From: Nitrosopumilus sp. | Lineage (GTDB): Archaea; Thermoproteota; Nitrososphaeria; Nitrososphaerales; Nitrosopumilaceae | Length of the DNA stretch: 64,000 nt | Direction: 5' to 3' | Assembly: GCA_965207445.1 (NCBI GenBank) | Contig: CBDBLX010000002.1 | Coordinates: forward strand, 960,001-1,024,000 | Part shown: in pieces, positions 10,451 through 21,606 of the stretch | How positions within the stretch are numbered: position 1 is the stretch's first letter | Layout: every line of letters starts with the position of its first letter | Program-made: the position numbers and the translations under genes | The notes under the pieces: generated by a model | Database searches by the model: none | What the model saw: only the letters and a program-made list of their open reading frames with translations | What the model was told of the DNA's origin: nothing

Positions 10451-11572
10451 TTATGTACCTCGCGTCTTTATTATAGTAAGTACATCTTTATCTACTAATA
10501 TGTGCCTCAAACCGACTCTTTGACCTCCGAATTTTACACTTTTACCCCAAACCAATCCATATCGAAACTCCCGACGCATTCTACGATGCAATTTATTACA
10601 CACATCCTCTACAGTATCACCTTCTCTTGCAATGAGTGGTTCTTTGTAATCTGTTTCACCACCTTTTGGTCGCATGTATATACGAATAAATTTTAATTGA
10701 CTGTATATTTGCTGTTTGAGTTCATCTATGTTAATACCTGCATTTGCAGAAACCTCAACTGCCATAGATCGTGACTCTTTGTGTCTTTTTTGACGTAAAT
10801 CTTCGATAAATTTACCATCTACTAGATCTACTTTATTTAATACCACAAGCGCTTTTGAATATGATATGTTACCTGCCATATGATCGGTTAATTGTTCTGA
10901 TGTAATGTCTTCTCGAATCACCACTCTGGCACTTACAACCCCATACAAATGTAATATATTTTTGAGATGTTTTTCTGTGATTTTTGTAAGCTTTACTTGT
11001 TGCGCAACTGCAATGCCGCCCATCGATGCTTTTTCTATTGTTATATTTGGGGGCAGTTGGTTTAATCTTATACCTATATTTCCAAGCTCATTTATCAGTA
11101 CATCTTCATGATTTGGTTGAAACACATCTAATACTAACAAGACAAGGTCTGCTGTTCGTGCAACAGAGAGGATTCGTTTCCCGAGTCCCTTTCCTGATGA
11201 TGCCCCTTTGATGATTCCAGGCAAGTCCAGCACTTGTATTTTTGCTCCTTGGTACTCCATCATACCTGGAACTACAGTCAACGTGGTAAATTGGAATGCA
11301 CCCACCATAGACTTTGCATCTGTTAATTTGTTTAGTAATGTCGATTTACCCACACTTGGTAGTCCGATAAACACAACTGTTGCATCACCTGTACGCTTGA
11401 CATCAAAACCATCTGATTTTGCACCTGATTTTTTTGTAATATTGTCTTCTTGTTCGCGTTTTAATTTTGCAATTTTTGCTTTTAATAGTCCAATGTGGTG
11501 TTCTGTTGCCTTGTTGATTTGTGTTCTTGCCATCTCATCTTGAATGGATTTTATTTTTTCTGGAATTCCCAT
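10451..11572 (-). CDS. DRG/OBG-family GTP-binding protein with TGS domain
   Basis: QINKATEHHIGLLKAK, GLPSVGKS, FTTLTVVPG, DLPG, NKVD. Confidence 0.95.
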   Translation of the reverse strand: MGIPEKIKSIQDEMARTQINKATEHHIGLLKAKIAKLKREQEDNITKKSGAKSDGFDVKRTGDATVVFIGLPSVGKSTLLNKLTDAKSMVGAFQFTTLTVVPGMMEYQGAKIQVLDLPGIIKGASSGKGLGKRILSVARTADLVLLVLDVFQPNHEDVLINELGNIGIRLNQLPPNITIEKASMGGIAVAQQVKLTKITEKHLKNILHLYGVVSARVVIREDITSEQLTDHMAGNISYSKALVVLNKVDLVDGKFIEDLRQKRHKESRSMAVEVSANAGINIDELKQQIYSQLKFIRIYMRPKGGETDYKEPLIAREGDTVEDVCNKLHRRMRREFRYGLVWGKSVKFGGQRVGLRHILVDKDVLTIIKTRGT

Positions 11573-11802
11573 TATGCCGACGGTGAATCTTATTCAAATA
11601 AAACTATTGTATTTGGTCTAGTTCTTTTATTGGGAGTTACAATATTGTACAATGTACTTTTGACTTGGCATATTGTATTGTAATGATGTACAGATAGTTC
11701 AGCTAATGCGCGAAATAGTCGATTGTTGTGTTCGTGATGATGTTATTCAAATTGTTCTGGCGTATTGAAAGCACGCGTCGACTTTGATATTTGCAGGCTG
11801 TC

Positions 11803-11846
11803 GGTGTGGGTGTGGGTGTGGGTGTGGGTGTGGGTGTGGGTGTGGG
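11803..11846. repeat. (GGTGTG)7 hexanucleotide microsatellite
   Basis: Seven perfect tandem units plus GG, intergenic. Confidence 0.95.
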
Positions 11847-12049
11847 GTAAAACCATCTGCCCTGCCACACGAATTGACACCATCACACAGATTTCTTAGT
11901 GTGTCAAGACTAGGTTACTATACGTTAACTTGACATTCATTGATCAAGATAGTGTATGTCATTCCCATGTATCTTGCCAAATTAATCTTTTATAATATTC
12001 GTTGATCCTTTTTGACATGTATTTTTATCATGGATGATAAAATCAAGAC

Positions 12050-12697
12050 TCATTTGGTTGAAGGTGGAGAAGGTATTCCTCTCATTCTCATAAGCAAAAC
12101 GCCTACTGTATATGCAATCAGACACAATCCTATAATCTTAATTGACAGTGACATTTCAAGTAAAAGTGATTCTGGAAATACTAATGAATACCAACTAATA
12201 AATTCGCCTACAAGTAACATCCCAAACCCAACTGTTGTGAGTAATGTTGATGTGTTTTTCTTTTTTATATATGACATTATTGTCTCAACTACGATATATG
12301 CTAACAACATAAATGATATGGATTTAAATATGTGTTCTAATTGAACTACTGATACTAGGAAAAGCGGTAAAAAAATAACAGCGCGAAACTGTGTATCATT
12401 GGATACAAATGCTTTTAGAGCATGAGAAAACGCAATAAAGAACAAACCAACTGTTTGGACGATCGCACCTATGGTTTGTATATGTCTTGGTTCTTCAAGA
12501 TCGCCAATTATTGGCGGTGGCAATACTACAAATCCTATTAATGTCACAAAAAACCCTGAACCAATGAGCAGAAAACCAATTGTCAATCTAAGCAATGTTG
12601 GACTGGTTGTTTTATGAAAACCGATAAAGGCAAGTGCACTTGTTAAAAAACTGACCAATGTTCCAACTATATAAAAAAGACTTACTAAAATATCCAT
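12050..12697 (-). CDS. polytopic membrane protein (about 7 TM)
   Basis: Multiple long hydrophobic segments over 215 aa. Confidence 0.75.
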   Translation of the reverse strand: MDILVSLFYIVGTLVSFLTSALAFIGFHKTTSPTLLRLTIGFLLIGSGFFVTLIGFVVLPPPIIGDLEEPRHIQTIGAIVQTVGLFFIAFSHALKAFVSNDTQFRAVIFLPLFLVSVVQLEHIFKSISFMLLAYIVVETIMSYIKKKNTSTLLTTVGFGMLLVGEFISWYSLVFPESLLLEMSLSIKIIGLCLIAYTVGVLLMRMRGIPSPPSTK

Positions 12698-13499
12698 GAA
12701 TATATTAACAAAATTTTTGTTTATAATTGTGTGTGATTAATGTAGCTTAAACATTTTAAATTTATAAAATACTCATTTAATTAATAATTGACATTTCAAT
12801 GTTTATTGTATCTGCTACAAAGTATTTTTAACCTATTTTAATTATATGTATATATTATACTTTTGAATAATAATAATATTTGGAGTTAAACATCTTTAAT
12901 TAAATCAGATAAACATGTGTTATGTGATGCATCATTTAATTTGAAAACACAACCTAATTACTACAATATGTCAATAATTGATGTATTGAATATCAATGAA
13001 ACTTTTTGATATGGGCTAAAATCTTTAAAATATTCTCTAAATGGTGATTTTATAAACAAAATTCATTTTTGATTTCAATTATATCCACTCCTCAAAATAT
13101 ATGCTAAATATACATATTAAATAAAAGTTTCAATGATGCGTACAAAATAATTTATTACAAATATGATCGTATTATTTTTGGATACTGTCTAAATTTATAA
13201 TAATCATATTAAAACTGTTTTTATCAAAATATGTACTTATTTAGTCATGAAAAATGATTCAAATAATGTTTGATATTAACTGATCATTGATATTAATTAC
13301 TATATTTTGAGATTTACCATATCAATCATCAAAAATATCAAAATAAATATTCTATTTTTATAATATCATATTTTTATGATCGTAAATTTTCCTTTTATGG
13401 TACTAAATTACTTTATTTTTACGATCATTTTGTACATTTTTTTATATACAACACATCTAAAGATAACTATAATTGACATAATATATGACAAAATTTAAT

Positions 13500-13937
13500 A
13501 TGGCTAACAGCAAATCTGGTAAAGCAAAAGTAGCTGCCAAGACTGGTAAGACGACACCTGCCAAAAAAGTAGCTGCTAAAAAAGCACCTGCCAAAAAAGC
13601 AACTACTGCAAAAGTAGCTGCTAAAAAAGCACCTGCCAAAAAAGCAACTACTGCAAAAGTAGCTGCTAAAAAAGCACCTGCCAAAACCGGTAAGAAGGCA
13701 CCTGCCAAAAAAGCAACTACTGCAAAAGTAGCTGCTAAAAAAGCACCTGCCAAGACCGGTAAGAAGGCACCTGCCAAAAAAGCAACTACTGCAAAAGTAG
13801 CTGCTAAAAAAGCACCTGCCAAGACCGGTAAGAAGGCACCTGCCAAAAAAGCAACTACTGCAAAAGTAGCTGCTAAAAAAGCACCTGCCAAAAAAGCAAC
13901 TACCAAGACCAGCAAAGCAAGTAAATCCAAAAAGTAA
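13500..13937 (+). CDS. histone H1-like Lys/Ala/Pro/Thr-rich repeat protein
   Basis: Tandem [15 protein letters not shown] and KKAPAKTG units; no acidic residues; T-rich tract at ~13978-13998 downstream; alternative start 13485. Confidence 0.8.
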   Translation: MANSKSGKAKVAAKTGKTTPAKKVAAKKAPAKKATTAKVAAKKAPAKKATTAKVAAKKAPAKTGKKAPAKKATTAKVAAKKAPAKTGKKAPAKKATTAKVAAKKAPAKTGKKAPAKKATTAKVAAKKAPAKKATTKTSKASKSKK

Positions 13938-14053
13938 AACGATACAATTGGATGAGTGTCCTGTCGTTCTGCGACACTTTTTTCTTATTTTTAATTTTGT
14001 ACTGATAAATCGTAAACGATCTTTTTGTTATGTGATACTGGAACTTTTATCAC

Positions 14054-15052
14054 TTATTCAGTAGAATCAGGCCACATCATCTTACGCATCTTTTTACCTA
14101 CTTGTTCTATTTGATGCTCATCGTACTGTTTCATATGTGACTCAAATGCATCTTTACCGTTCTTTTCATACTCTGATATCCATTCACGATTAAATGTGCC
14201 GTCTTGTATCATTGCAAGTACGTGTTTCATTCTTTCTTTTGTTGTACTATCCATCACCATTGGGCCGCGTGTTAATCCGCCATATCTTGCAGTCTCACTC
14301 ACACGTCTCCACATACCGTTTATTCCATAACGTTGTATCATATCTACAATCAGTTTGAGCTCATGCAATACCTCAAAGTATGCAATCTCTGGCTGGTATC
14401 CTGCTTCTACAAGCGTCTCAAATGCATTTGTTACCATTGATGCTGCACCTCCACACAAATCAGCTTGCTCACCAAACCAATCAGTCTCGACTTCTTCTTT
14501 AAATGTGGTTTTAATCAGTCCTGCTCTTGCACTCCCAATAGCTTTTGCAATTCCAAGTGTTCTATCCCATGCATTTCCAGTATAGTCTCTTTCAACTGCA
14601 ACTATTGATGGTGTGCCAAATCCATCAAGATACGTTTCACGAACCTTGGAGCCTGGGCCCTTTGGTGCAATCATAATTAAATCAACATCTGATGGGGGCT
14701 CTATCCACTTCCAGTATATTGCTGCGGCATGTGAAAATGATAGTGCGTTTCCTGCAGTGAGATTGGGTGCAATATCTTTACGGTATGTGACAGCTTGTAC
14801 CATATCTGGAATCAATATGTGTATGACATCTGCTTGCTTTACTGCATCTGAAACTGGCAACACATTATGTCCATCATCTTTGGCCTTTGACCAACTATTG
14901 CCATTAGGGCTCAACCCCACGACTACATTTAATCCAGAATCTTTCATGTTATTTGCTTGAGCGTTGCCTTGTATACCATACCCAATAACTGCAACAGTTT
15001 GATCTTTGATTGATTCTAGATTGATATCTTCATCCTTCCATGTTTTGGCCAT
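14054..15052 (-). CDS. ilvC: ketol-acid reductoisomerase
   Basis: IGYGIQG, LIPD, APKGPG, TTFKEEVETDWFGEQADLCGG, HELKLIVD, SETARYG. Confidence 0.97.
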   Translation of the reverse strand: MAKTWKDEDINLESIKDQTVAVIGYGIQGNAQANNMKDSGLNVVVGLSPNGNSWSKAKDDGHNVLPVSDAVKQADVIHILIPDMVQAVTYRKDIAPNLTAGNALSFSHAAAIYWKWIEPPSDVDLIMIAPKGPGSKVRETYLDGFGTPSIVAVERDYTGNAWDRTLGIAKAIGSARAGLIKTTFKEEVETDWFGEQADLCGGAASMVTNAFETLVEAGYQPEIAYFEVLHELKLIVDMIQRYGINGMWRRVSETARYGGLTRGPMVMDSTTKERMKHVLAMIQDGTFNREWISEYEKNGKDAFESHMKQYDEHQIEQVGKKMRKMMWPDSTE

Positions 15053-15091
15053 TATTTTCTCACCTGTAAATTGTTAATATTAATCAACAAA

Positions 15092-15355
15092 TTACTCTAA
15101 TTTGATTATCTTGTCACAGATTTTACACTGCAGTATGATACTTGGTGCGTCTACTGGTGATACTGCAATTGAATTTTTCTTGTTTGTGTGAGTGTTGCTG
15201 TCTTGTGCGTGATGTGGCATGCTCTCCACAGTAGTATCTACATGCATGTCTTTTTTATCTATGATCTTTGAATCTTTGTGGTGTGTCAGTCTCTGGAATT
15301 TTTTCCCACCACAGCTAGGACATATCGGACAAGATCGTATTGGCTTTCTGCTCAA
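15092..15355 (-). CDS. small zinc-ribbon protein
   Basis: CPSC ... CKIC; ATGA overlap with nadM. Confidence 0.6.
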   Translation of the reverse strand: MSRKPIRSCPICPSCGGKKFQRLTHHKDSKIIDKKDMHVDTTVESMPHHAQDSNTHTNKKNSIAVSPVDAPSIILQCKICDKIIKLE

Positions 15356-15888
15356 TGTTCAGTCGGCCTCGTATCAGAATCATATATGACAGATAATCTA
15401 CGTTTTGCATTTATCTCTTTGAGAAACTGATATACCGAATTTGGTACTGTGTCTTGCCATTCATCCTCTCCTGATGCAATCATGTGTCGTATTGTAGTTG
15501 CATTGTATTGTGCACGATCGATGAAAATAGGCTCTACAACATCAACTCCAAAGTCTGATAGTAACATCGTAACGTACGGGTTGCCACTATACACTCGCTC
15601 GAATTTTGGTAGTGCCGAATTTAGGTAACCGGACCACGTGGCAACGTTGAACTGATTCTCAATTGCTGTCACAAAACATATTGACATGTCTAGATGCGCT
15701 TCCACAAGAGCACGATGTACCATCTCTATACGTTCTCCTGCTGTAAATGGATCTTTTTGGATATAGTTGAACTGTGAACTTGTAATTGCAACAATTAGAC
15801 CATCTTTACATTCATCAAGTATCTGTTTGGCTAGTGAAAGATGACCCAAGTGAAATGGTTGAAATCTACCCACCATTAATCCTCGCAT
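15352..15888 (-). CDS. nadM: nicotinamide-nucleotide adenylyltransferase
   Basis: GRFQPFHLGH, PFTAGERIEM, YSGNPYV, NATTIR motifs. Confidence 0.93.
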   Translation of the reverse strand: MRGLMVGRFQPFHLGHLSLAKQILDECKDGLIVAITSSQFNYIQKDPFTAGERIEMVHRALVEAHLDMSICFVTAIENQFNVATWSGYLNSALPKFERVYSGNPYVTMLLSDFGVDVVEPIFIDRAQYNATTIRHMIASGEDEWQDTVPNSVYQFLKEINAKRRLSVIYDSDTRPTEH

Positions 15889-16174
15889 AATTATAATCAA
15901 ATTTGTATGTACTATTAACCTTCTTGAACATTGATGTGTAATTTTAGTAATGGCAATGTATTTGCAACACTTGTATGGTTATATTCTAAATTGTATATTT
16001 TTTATCTTTTCAATGTTTGTGTGATGTTGAACTTTGATCTGTTATGATTAATGATGTATGTATATACTATCTATTAAAGTCAGTTATTTATAATTTATAA
16101 TAAAATATATTTATACATCATTCATTAATTATGGTCAACTAGTATTTACTTAGTCATTATCATCATCATCATCA

Positions 16175-16459
16175 TCATATATTTTTATCTAATTCATCTT
16201 GTGTCTTGTATGTAACTTTTCCTTTTTTGTCATGTGTATCATCATCATCACCATAAATTATTGTATGTGATTCTTCTTCGTATCCTTTAGTTTCATCTTG
16301 TAGTCGCTCTCTACGACGCTTGATGTACAGCCATATCCCACACACAAGCATTGCGCTAAGCAATATTACGCCTGCCATCTGTAACTCAAAGTGATACAGC
16401 ATAACTTGCATTTTATGTGACAACTCAAAAGTGTTGTGTTTTGCGACATTGATTTGCAT
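16175..16459 (-). CDS. small single-pass membrane protein
   Basis: One TM segment followed by KRRRER; start uncertain. Confidence 0.5.
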   Translation of the reverse strand: MQINVAKHNTFELSHKMQVMLYHFELQMAGVILLSAMLVCGIWLYIKRRRERLQDETKGYEEESHTIIYGDDDDTHDKKGKVTYKTQDELDKNI

Positions 16460-16620
16460 TGAATGATATTGCTGCTATCGTTTGATATCAAAATATGTTC
16501 GTCTTATACATTTCCGTATACTGCCAATTCATATGTATACTTTAAATCTTCTGTGTTGCACAATTTTTAGTTCAACTACTAGAGATTAAACATATTACAA
16601 GGATTGTTTGCACTCACGTC

Positions 16621-17718
16621 ATGATAAGTGCATCTGATATGGCAAGTATGGTAGATACATATGCGAATCCTAGAATTGGTGTACTTGGAAGCCACTCGGC
16701 ATTAGAGATAATGGATGGCGCAAAAGATGAAGGATTTCAAACTACTGTGTATTGTCAACGTGGTAGAGAAGGACCATATATGAGATTTAAGAGGATTGCA
16801 GATGAGATTGTGGTCTTGGATAATTTTTCAGATATGACATTGCCGAATCATCAACAACACATGCAACAGTCAAACACCATTATAGTACCGCACAGATCAC
16901 TAACTGCTTATTTGGGATATAGTGCTATAGAGAATACACTAAAGATTCCAATATTTGGCAATAGGGCACTCTTTGCTGCAGAAGAACGTAATGCTAAACG
17001 GGGGCAGTATTACTTGCTTGAACGCGCACAAATACCATACCCAAAAGTAATACGGGATCCAAAAGAGATCAATGTACCGTGTATAGTGAAAGCTCAAGAA
17101 AAATCAAGACCACTAGAGCGCGCATTTTTCACAGTGGCATCATACGATGACTATAAGCAAAGATCACAGGCAAAGATCAATGACGGTACAATATCTGAGC
17201 AAGGTCTTGCTGATGCAAGTATTGAAGAACTAATTATTGGAACATATATGAACTTTAATTACTTTTACACCCCTATATCGGATCAAGTTGACTTTATCGG
17301 AATCGAACGACGATTGCAAACTAACATACATGATTATAATGCTCTGCCTGCACAACAACAACTAGACATCGATCATATTATGGATATTCAAAATATTGAG
17401 GTTGGACATACTCCTGCAAGTATACGTGAGTCGTTGTTAGATAAAATTTTAAAGATGGGTGACAAGTTTGTGGATGCTGTAAAGAAAGAATATAGCCCTG
17501 GAATCATCGGACCGTTTTCTCTTCAAAGTGTTATTACAAAAGATTTGGAGATGGTTGTGTATGACGTGTCGTTACGCGTACCAGGGAATCCAATTGTTGC
17601 AACTACTAGTCCTTATACCAAATATCAGTATGGACAGACATTTGGTATTGGTAGGCGTATTGCAATGGAGATCAAGCGTGCAATTGATGAAAAAAGTCTT
17701 CATAAAATAGTCACATAA
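16621..17718 (+). CDS. purP: formate--phosphoribosylaminoimidazolecarboxamide ligase (PurP family)
   Basis: LGSHSALEIMDGAKDEG, IPIFGNR, GHTPASIRESLL, PGIIGPFSLQ, GRRIAMEIK. Confidence 0.93.
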   Translation: MISASDMASMVDTYANPRIGVLGSHSALEIMDGAKDEGFQTTVYCQRGREGPYMRFKRIADEIVVLDNFSDMTLPNHQQHMQQSNTIIVPHRSLTAYLGYSAIENTLKIPIFGNRALFAAEERNAKRGQYYLLERAQIPYPKVIRDPKEINVPCIVKAQEKSRPLERAFFTVASYDDYKQRSQAKINDGTISEQGLADASIEELIIGTYMNFNYFYTPISDQVDFIGIERRLQTNIHDYNALPAQQQLDIDHIMDIQNIEVGHTPASIRESLLDKILKMGDKFVDAVKKEYSPGIIGPFSLQSVITKDLEMVVYDVSLRVPGNPIVATTSPYTKYQYGQTFGIGRRIAMEIKRAIDEKSLHKIVT

Positions 17719-17950
17719 ATAAATAACGGCATAAATATTAACGATGATGTGCTGTGTGGTTGTGTGTCCGATGATTAATTGTATACACTGCTCTGATCTT
17801 GTGATGAGTTTGCCGAATTATGAGGCACTTTTTCTTTGTGCGTGGTAAAGTAGTTGTACTTTTTTATCTACTGTATTCATATTTCTGAGTGTGAATTACT
17901 TGTAGATCTAATCTAAATTACTATATATTATAGTTGTATCATATATCTGA

Positions 17951-19015
17951 CTACTTGCCATTTATGTTATGATCCATATCATCTGTTGAATCATTTTCAA
18001 TATTGTCATCTGCCGAATCATTTTTGAGATCTATAATTTCACACCCTTTGCCTTGTGTAGGGCCCCGTATGCGTCTTGCTATCAAATAAGGTGTCAATAA
18101 TAAAACGGGTATTGATATTGCAATGAACAATGTTTGCATTTGAGCCAATGCCGCAGATAATACGATCCCGCTTGCTGTACCTAAAAATACTGAAAAAAAC
18201 GTCCCTGCGCATGTGGGGCATGCAATAAAGAGACCTGTTGCAGCACCAATAGTTCCAAGCCCTCTGCGTTTTTTGGATGTGGCGTATGCACCAACTGCAA
18301 GTGCTGCATTAAGCCCGACTAAATATGAGACTATGATTTGTAATACTAGATTAATTGGAATGATTTGCAGACCTATGTTGTTTGTCAAATATATGATAAT
18401 TTTGGGCATGTATCCTATATCACCGCAACAAGGCGAGACAAATCCTGATGGAATGTCTGCACCGTAATGAATCTCAAAATCTACTTCTGGTTGATATACT
18501 AGGGTACCTGATGCTAGTGAAAAGAATATACCATATGTGATAAATGTGATAATGAATGTTTTTCGAGCACGTGAGTTTTGTATAGTGTGCGCAATTATTG
18601 AATTTAAATCTCTATAACCTGTATTCCACTCTGCAATCTTGACAATGTGATATTTGTGCATTCCATATGCAATGGTGCAAAATGCCGCGATCATTGCAAC
18701 GTAAAATCCATACGCGAGGCGTTGTACTCCATGTATTGCATCGGGGGTTAGATTTACTGGATCTTGATATCTTGAATATATGATAAATAGTATTGCAAGT
18801 GAGAAAAGTCCAATCGTGACAAGACGTATGCCTTTTGAATGATTTTGATCGCGCTGCTGTGACGGTGACCTTTGAGTTGGATATGGTGTTATGTTATTAT
18901 TGTTGTTGTTGCTACTGTTATTACCGCTAGTATTGTTACTAGTATTGTTACTATTACTACTACTAGATTCATCTTTTCTTGTTTTATCTATATTTGATGC
19001 ACTCATACTAGACAC
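17951..19015 (-). CDS. membrane protein with CPTC motif and Ser/Asn-rich N-terminal extension
   Basis: About 6 TM helices, PCCG and ACPTCAG. Confidence 0.75.
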   Translation of the reverse strand: MSSMSASNIDKTRKDESSSSNSNNTSNNTSGNNSSNNNNNNITPYPTQRSPSQQRDQNHSKGIRLVTIGLFSLAILFIIYSRYQDPVNLTPDAIHGVQRLAYGFYVAMIAAFCTIAYGMHKYHIVKIAEWNTGYRDLNSIIAHTIQNSRARKTFIITFITYGIFFSLASGTLVYQPEVDFEIHYGADIPSGFVSPCCGDIGYMPKIIIYLTNNIGLQIIPINLVLQIIVSYLVGLNAALAVGAYATSKKRRGLGTIGAATGLFIACPTCAGTFFSVFLGTASGIVLSAALAQMQTLFIAISIPVLLLTPYLIARRIRGPTQGKGCEIIDLKNDSADDNIENDSTDDMDHNINGK

Positions 19016-19269
19016 TTATAACACACGATTAAATTCTATACGATTGTAATTTTTGAGATCTTTTATAATATCTGTTTTTGTTACTGTTGATAATAGTTCT
19101 AGTTGCAACGGAAACACCTAGTTCTAATACTATTCTTCTTCTTCTTTGTTTCTGTTTGTAATATTTGGATACATTTTTTGTACATTGAACTTACTATATG
19201 TGCTATTACACGTCATTATCTTACATTCGATCTCTTTTGTGTAAAAGGTGGTTTGATTCCATGGTTCTA

Positions 19270-21096
19270 TTAGTTTGTGTCCCCTAATTTGGGCGCAAAG
19301 ATGTACACAAGTGCTATTATCTCTAGTCTTCCAAATATCATCAAAAAGCTCAACATGATTTTAGTTGCAGGATCTGTATCAAAATCGATCACACCTGTGG
19401 TCAATCCCCCTGTTGTAATTACGCCACTTGCCTCAAAGAATGATTCTGTATATGATGCTCCTGTAACTGATGATAGGTGCGCTCCTGCCACAGCAGCAAT
19501 AATGGGAAACAATGACACTATAATCAATGCACTAATGACTTCGTTTTTGATCTCTGGTTTCATGGTTCTTCGAGTAGATGTACGTATCAAGTTCAAGAGA
19601 TTTCGCAGGGCAATGAGGCGGAACACCTTCATTCCCCCTGCAGTTGAGAATCCACATCCTCCAATAAACATCAACATAACAAGCACACTGTAAGCAGCTC
19701 CATTGAGCCCCAGTGTACTTTGAATCTGTAAACCTGCTGTTGTGCTAGCAGACACTGCATAAAATGCAGACTCTAAAAAGTCTATACCACTCAATACAAT
19801 GAACAATGCAGTGCCAATTCCTAGTATGTAAAAGTATACCATTACCTCGCGTCCTAATTTTTTTACTCGCAATTTTTTACTCACAAAACTATAGTGAAAT
19901 GTGAATGGTAATGCACCTAAAATCATTGCAATCATCAACACTACATAATCTGTCCACAGAAGACCATCTAGTATCGTTGATGATGGCAAAAATCCTCCTG
20001 TTGCAACCGTACTCATAGATAACGAGAAATCATCTAGTAAGTTTTTCTTTCCAAGAAAGAATAGTATAAGTGCTAGTGTGACTATATACAGCATAAAAAT
20101 TACTGTGATCGATAAAAATAATTCTTTGAGATGCAGCGCCCTGCCTGTAAGAAAGCCCCGCATTGATTTTAGTTGACCCTCAGAATAAAATGCTGTTATG
20201 ACTAGATATATGAAACTCATACCACCGACGAGCTGCGTATAACTTCGGAAAAATGTAAAACTTTGTCCCAAGTCCTCTGGTGTGTCAAACAGTGATATCC
20301 CTCCAGTAGTGAATCCTGCTGCGCTTGAGAAAAACGAATTTGCAAATATTTCTGTATGTGACATGTCCGGTGGCATTACATACAGGTATGGAATGGAACC
20401 GAACAGCGACATTATAAATAAACTTGATAAAACTAGTATGGATGCCTGCCTCATGTTTAGTCCTGCTTTTTCTCCATATGTGTTAAGTGAGAACCCTGTT
20501 GCAAGAAGCAATACGGTGGTAAGATAGATGCCTGTTGCAGTTGTTGTATCTTCCAAGACAGTAGCTACAATTGCAGGTACAAACAACAGCACTCCTGCAA
20601 ACTGTAACACAAATCCAAGATTCCCCAATACTGCTCTAACAGGTGGACTGAGCAATCGAGGTGGACTTACAACTGCTTCTTTTCGAGCACGAGTTATGCC
20701 TTCTTGTCTGATTACTCCTCTAAGCGTACCATTATCTGCAACTACTGGTAATTTGTGCACACCTTCTTTAATCATTAAATTTGCTGCATCTGAAAGAGTA
20801 GTATTCTCTTTTACTGTAATTAATGAAGTGCTCATTATTTGTGAAAGTGTTGATCTCTCAACGTTGATGTTTGTATCACTAACAGTCTCCAATATGTCTA
20901 CATCTGTCACTATGCCAACTGGGCGACGTGATTTCTTATCAATTACAATGACTGTATCTGTATTGTTATCATTCATTCTCTGTGCTGCATTCCTTGCAGT
21001 ATCATCTGGACTCATAATGGTATAATCCATACGCATATACTCTCTGACGTGTTTTGTACTGAGATAGTTTAGTGCACGCTCAGGGTCAGTTGACAT
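19270..21096 (-). CDS. trkH: CBS-pair plus TrkH potassium uptake membrane subunit
   Basis: N-terminal CBS pair (GIVTDVDI, VHKLPVV); GFTTGG, VATGGF, GGCGFSTAGGMK, LMIFGRLEI. Confidence 0.9.
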   Translation of the reverse strand: MSTDPERALNYLSTKHVREYMRMDYTIMSPDDTARNAAQRMNDNNTDTVIVIDKKSRRPVGIVTDVDILETVSDTNINVERSTLSQIMSTSLITVKENTTLSDAANLMIKEGVHKLPVVADNGTLRGVIRQEGITRARKEAVVSPPRLLSPPVRAVLGNLGFVLQFAGVLLFVPAIVATVLEDTTTATGIYLTTVLLLATGFSLNTYGEKAGLNMRQASILVLSSLFIMSLFGSIPYLYVMPPDMSHTEIFANSFFSSAAGFTTGGISLFDTPEDLGQSFTFFRSYTQLVGGMSFIYLVITAFYSEGQLKSMRGFLTGRALHLKELFLSITVIFMLYIVTLALILFFLGKKNLLDDFSLSMSTVATGGFLPSSTILDGLLWTDYVVLMIAMILGALPFTFHYSFVSKKLRVKKLGREVMVYFYILGIGTALFIVLSGIDFLESAFYAVSASTTAGLQIQSTLGLNGAAYSVLVMLMFIGGCGFSTAGGMKVFRLIALRNLLNLIRTSTRRTMKPEIKNEVISALIIVSLFPIIAAVAGAHLSSVTGASYTESFFEASGVITTGGLTTGVIDFDTDPATKIMLSFLMIFGRLEIIALVYIFAPKLGDTN

Positions 21097-21606
21097 ATTT
21101 TATACAGAATGCGGTTGTTAAATAACGTAATGCGGTTGTTTTAGCGTGTTGCATAACTCGTAAATTTATACTCCTCTGGGGTCGTGGCCATGTGGTCTGA
21201 GCCGCGCAACCTACGTTACACGATTCGAAGCCACTCAAATGCTCTGTAAACTGGACAGGAAGACTGTCTGCCTCAAGCTACGATGCCAGCGGGTGTGTCA
21301 AGTCACGCCTACAACAAGCCATATGCGGGCCGTGCTTCCAAGCCTACAAAGTGTACGCGCAAAACATGGCGTGGTAGATGCCTTGGTATTTTGTGAGTAC
21401 ATATACATATCTCCATATTTGTATTTAACCTATACAATGTTCTATTATACAGCAGTGTATATGTGCAAATAGGTTAAATACGCATAATGTGAGATTCCAT
21501 CGATCAAGGAAATGATGAGATCAAAACATCAGCAATGTAGTATTGTAAAGGATAAATTTAACACTGCTTGTGCCCCGCGCACGCAAACCAGAGGTGAGGT
21601 TGTATC

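Noticed and set aside
12698..13484. Replication origin
   Set aside because: No ORB-like motif recognised and no orc1/cdc6 gene nearby
13540..13910. Tandem repeats as a possible CRISPR array
   Set aside because: No unique spacers, unit lengths are multiples of 3 and coding; no cas genes in the window
13457..13930. 157-aa hydrophobic ORF on minus strand
   Set aside because: Antisense shadow of the Lys/Ala repeat gene; the repeats keep it open, and the plus strand has the plausible promoter region and T-rich terminator
21100..21600. tRNA/att site or integrase at the island border
   Set aside because: No tRNA cloverleaf or tyrosine/serine recombinase found; only a short AATGCGGTTGTT duplication and IS-like DNA; ORF 21239-21472 lacks support
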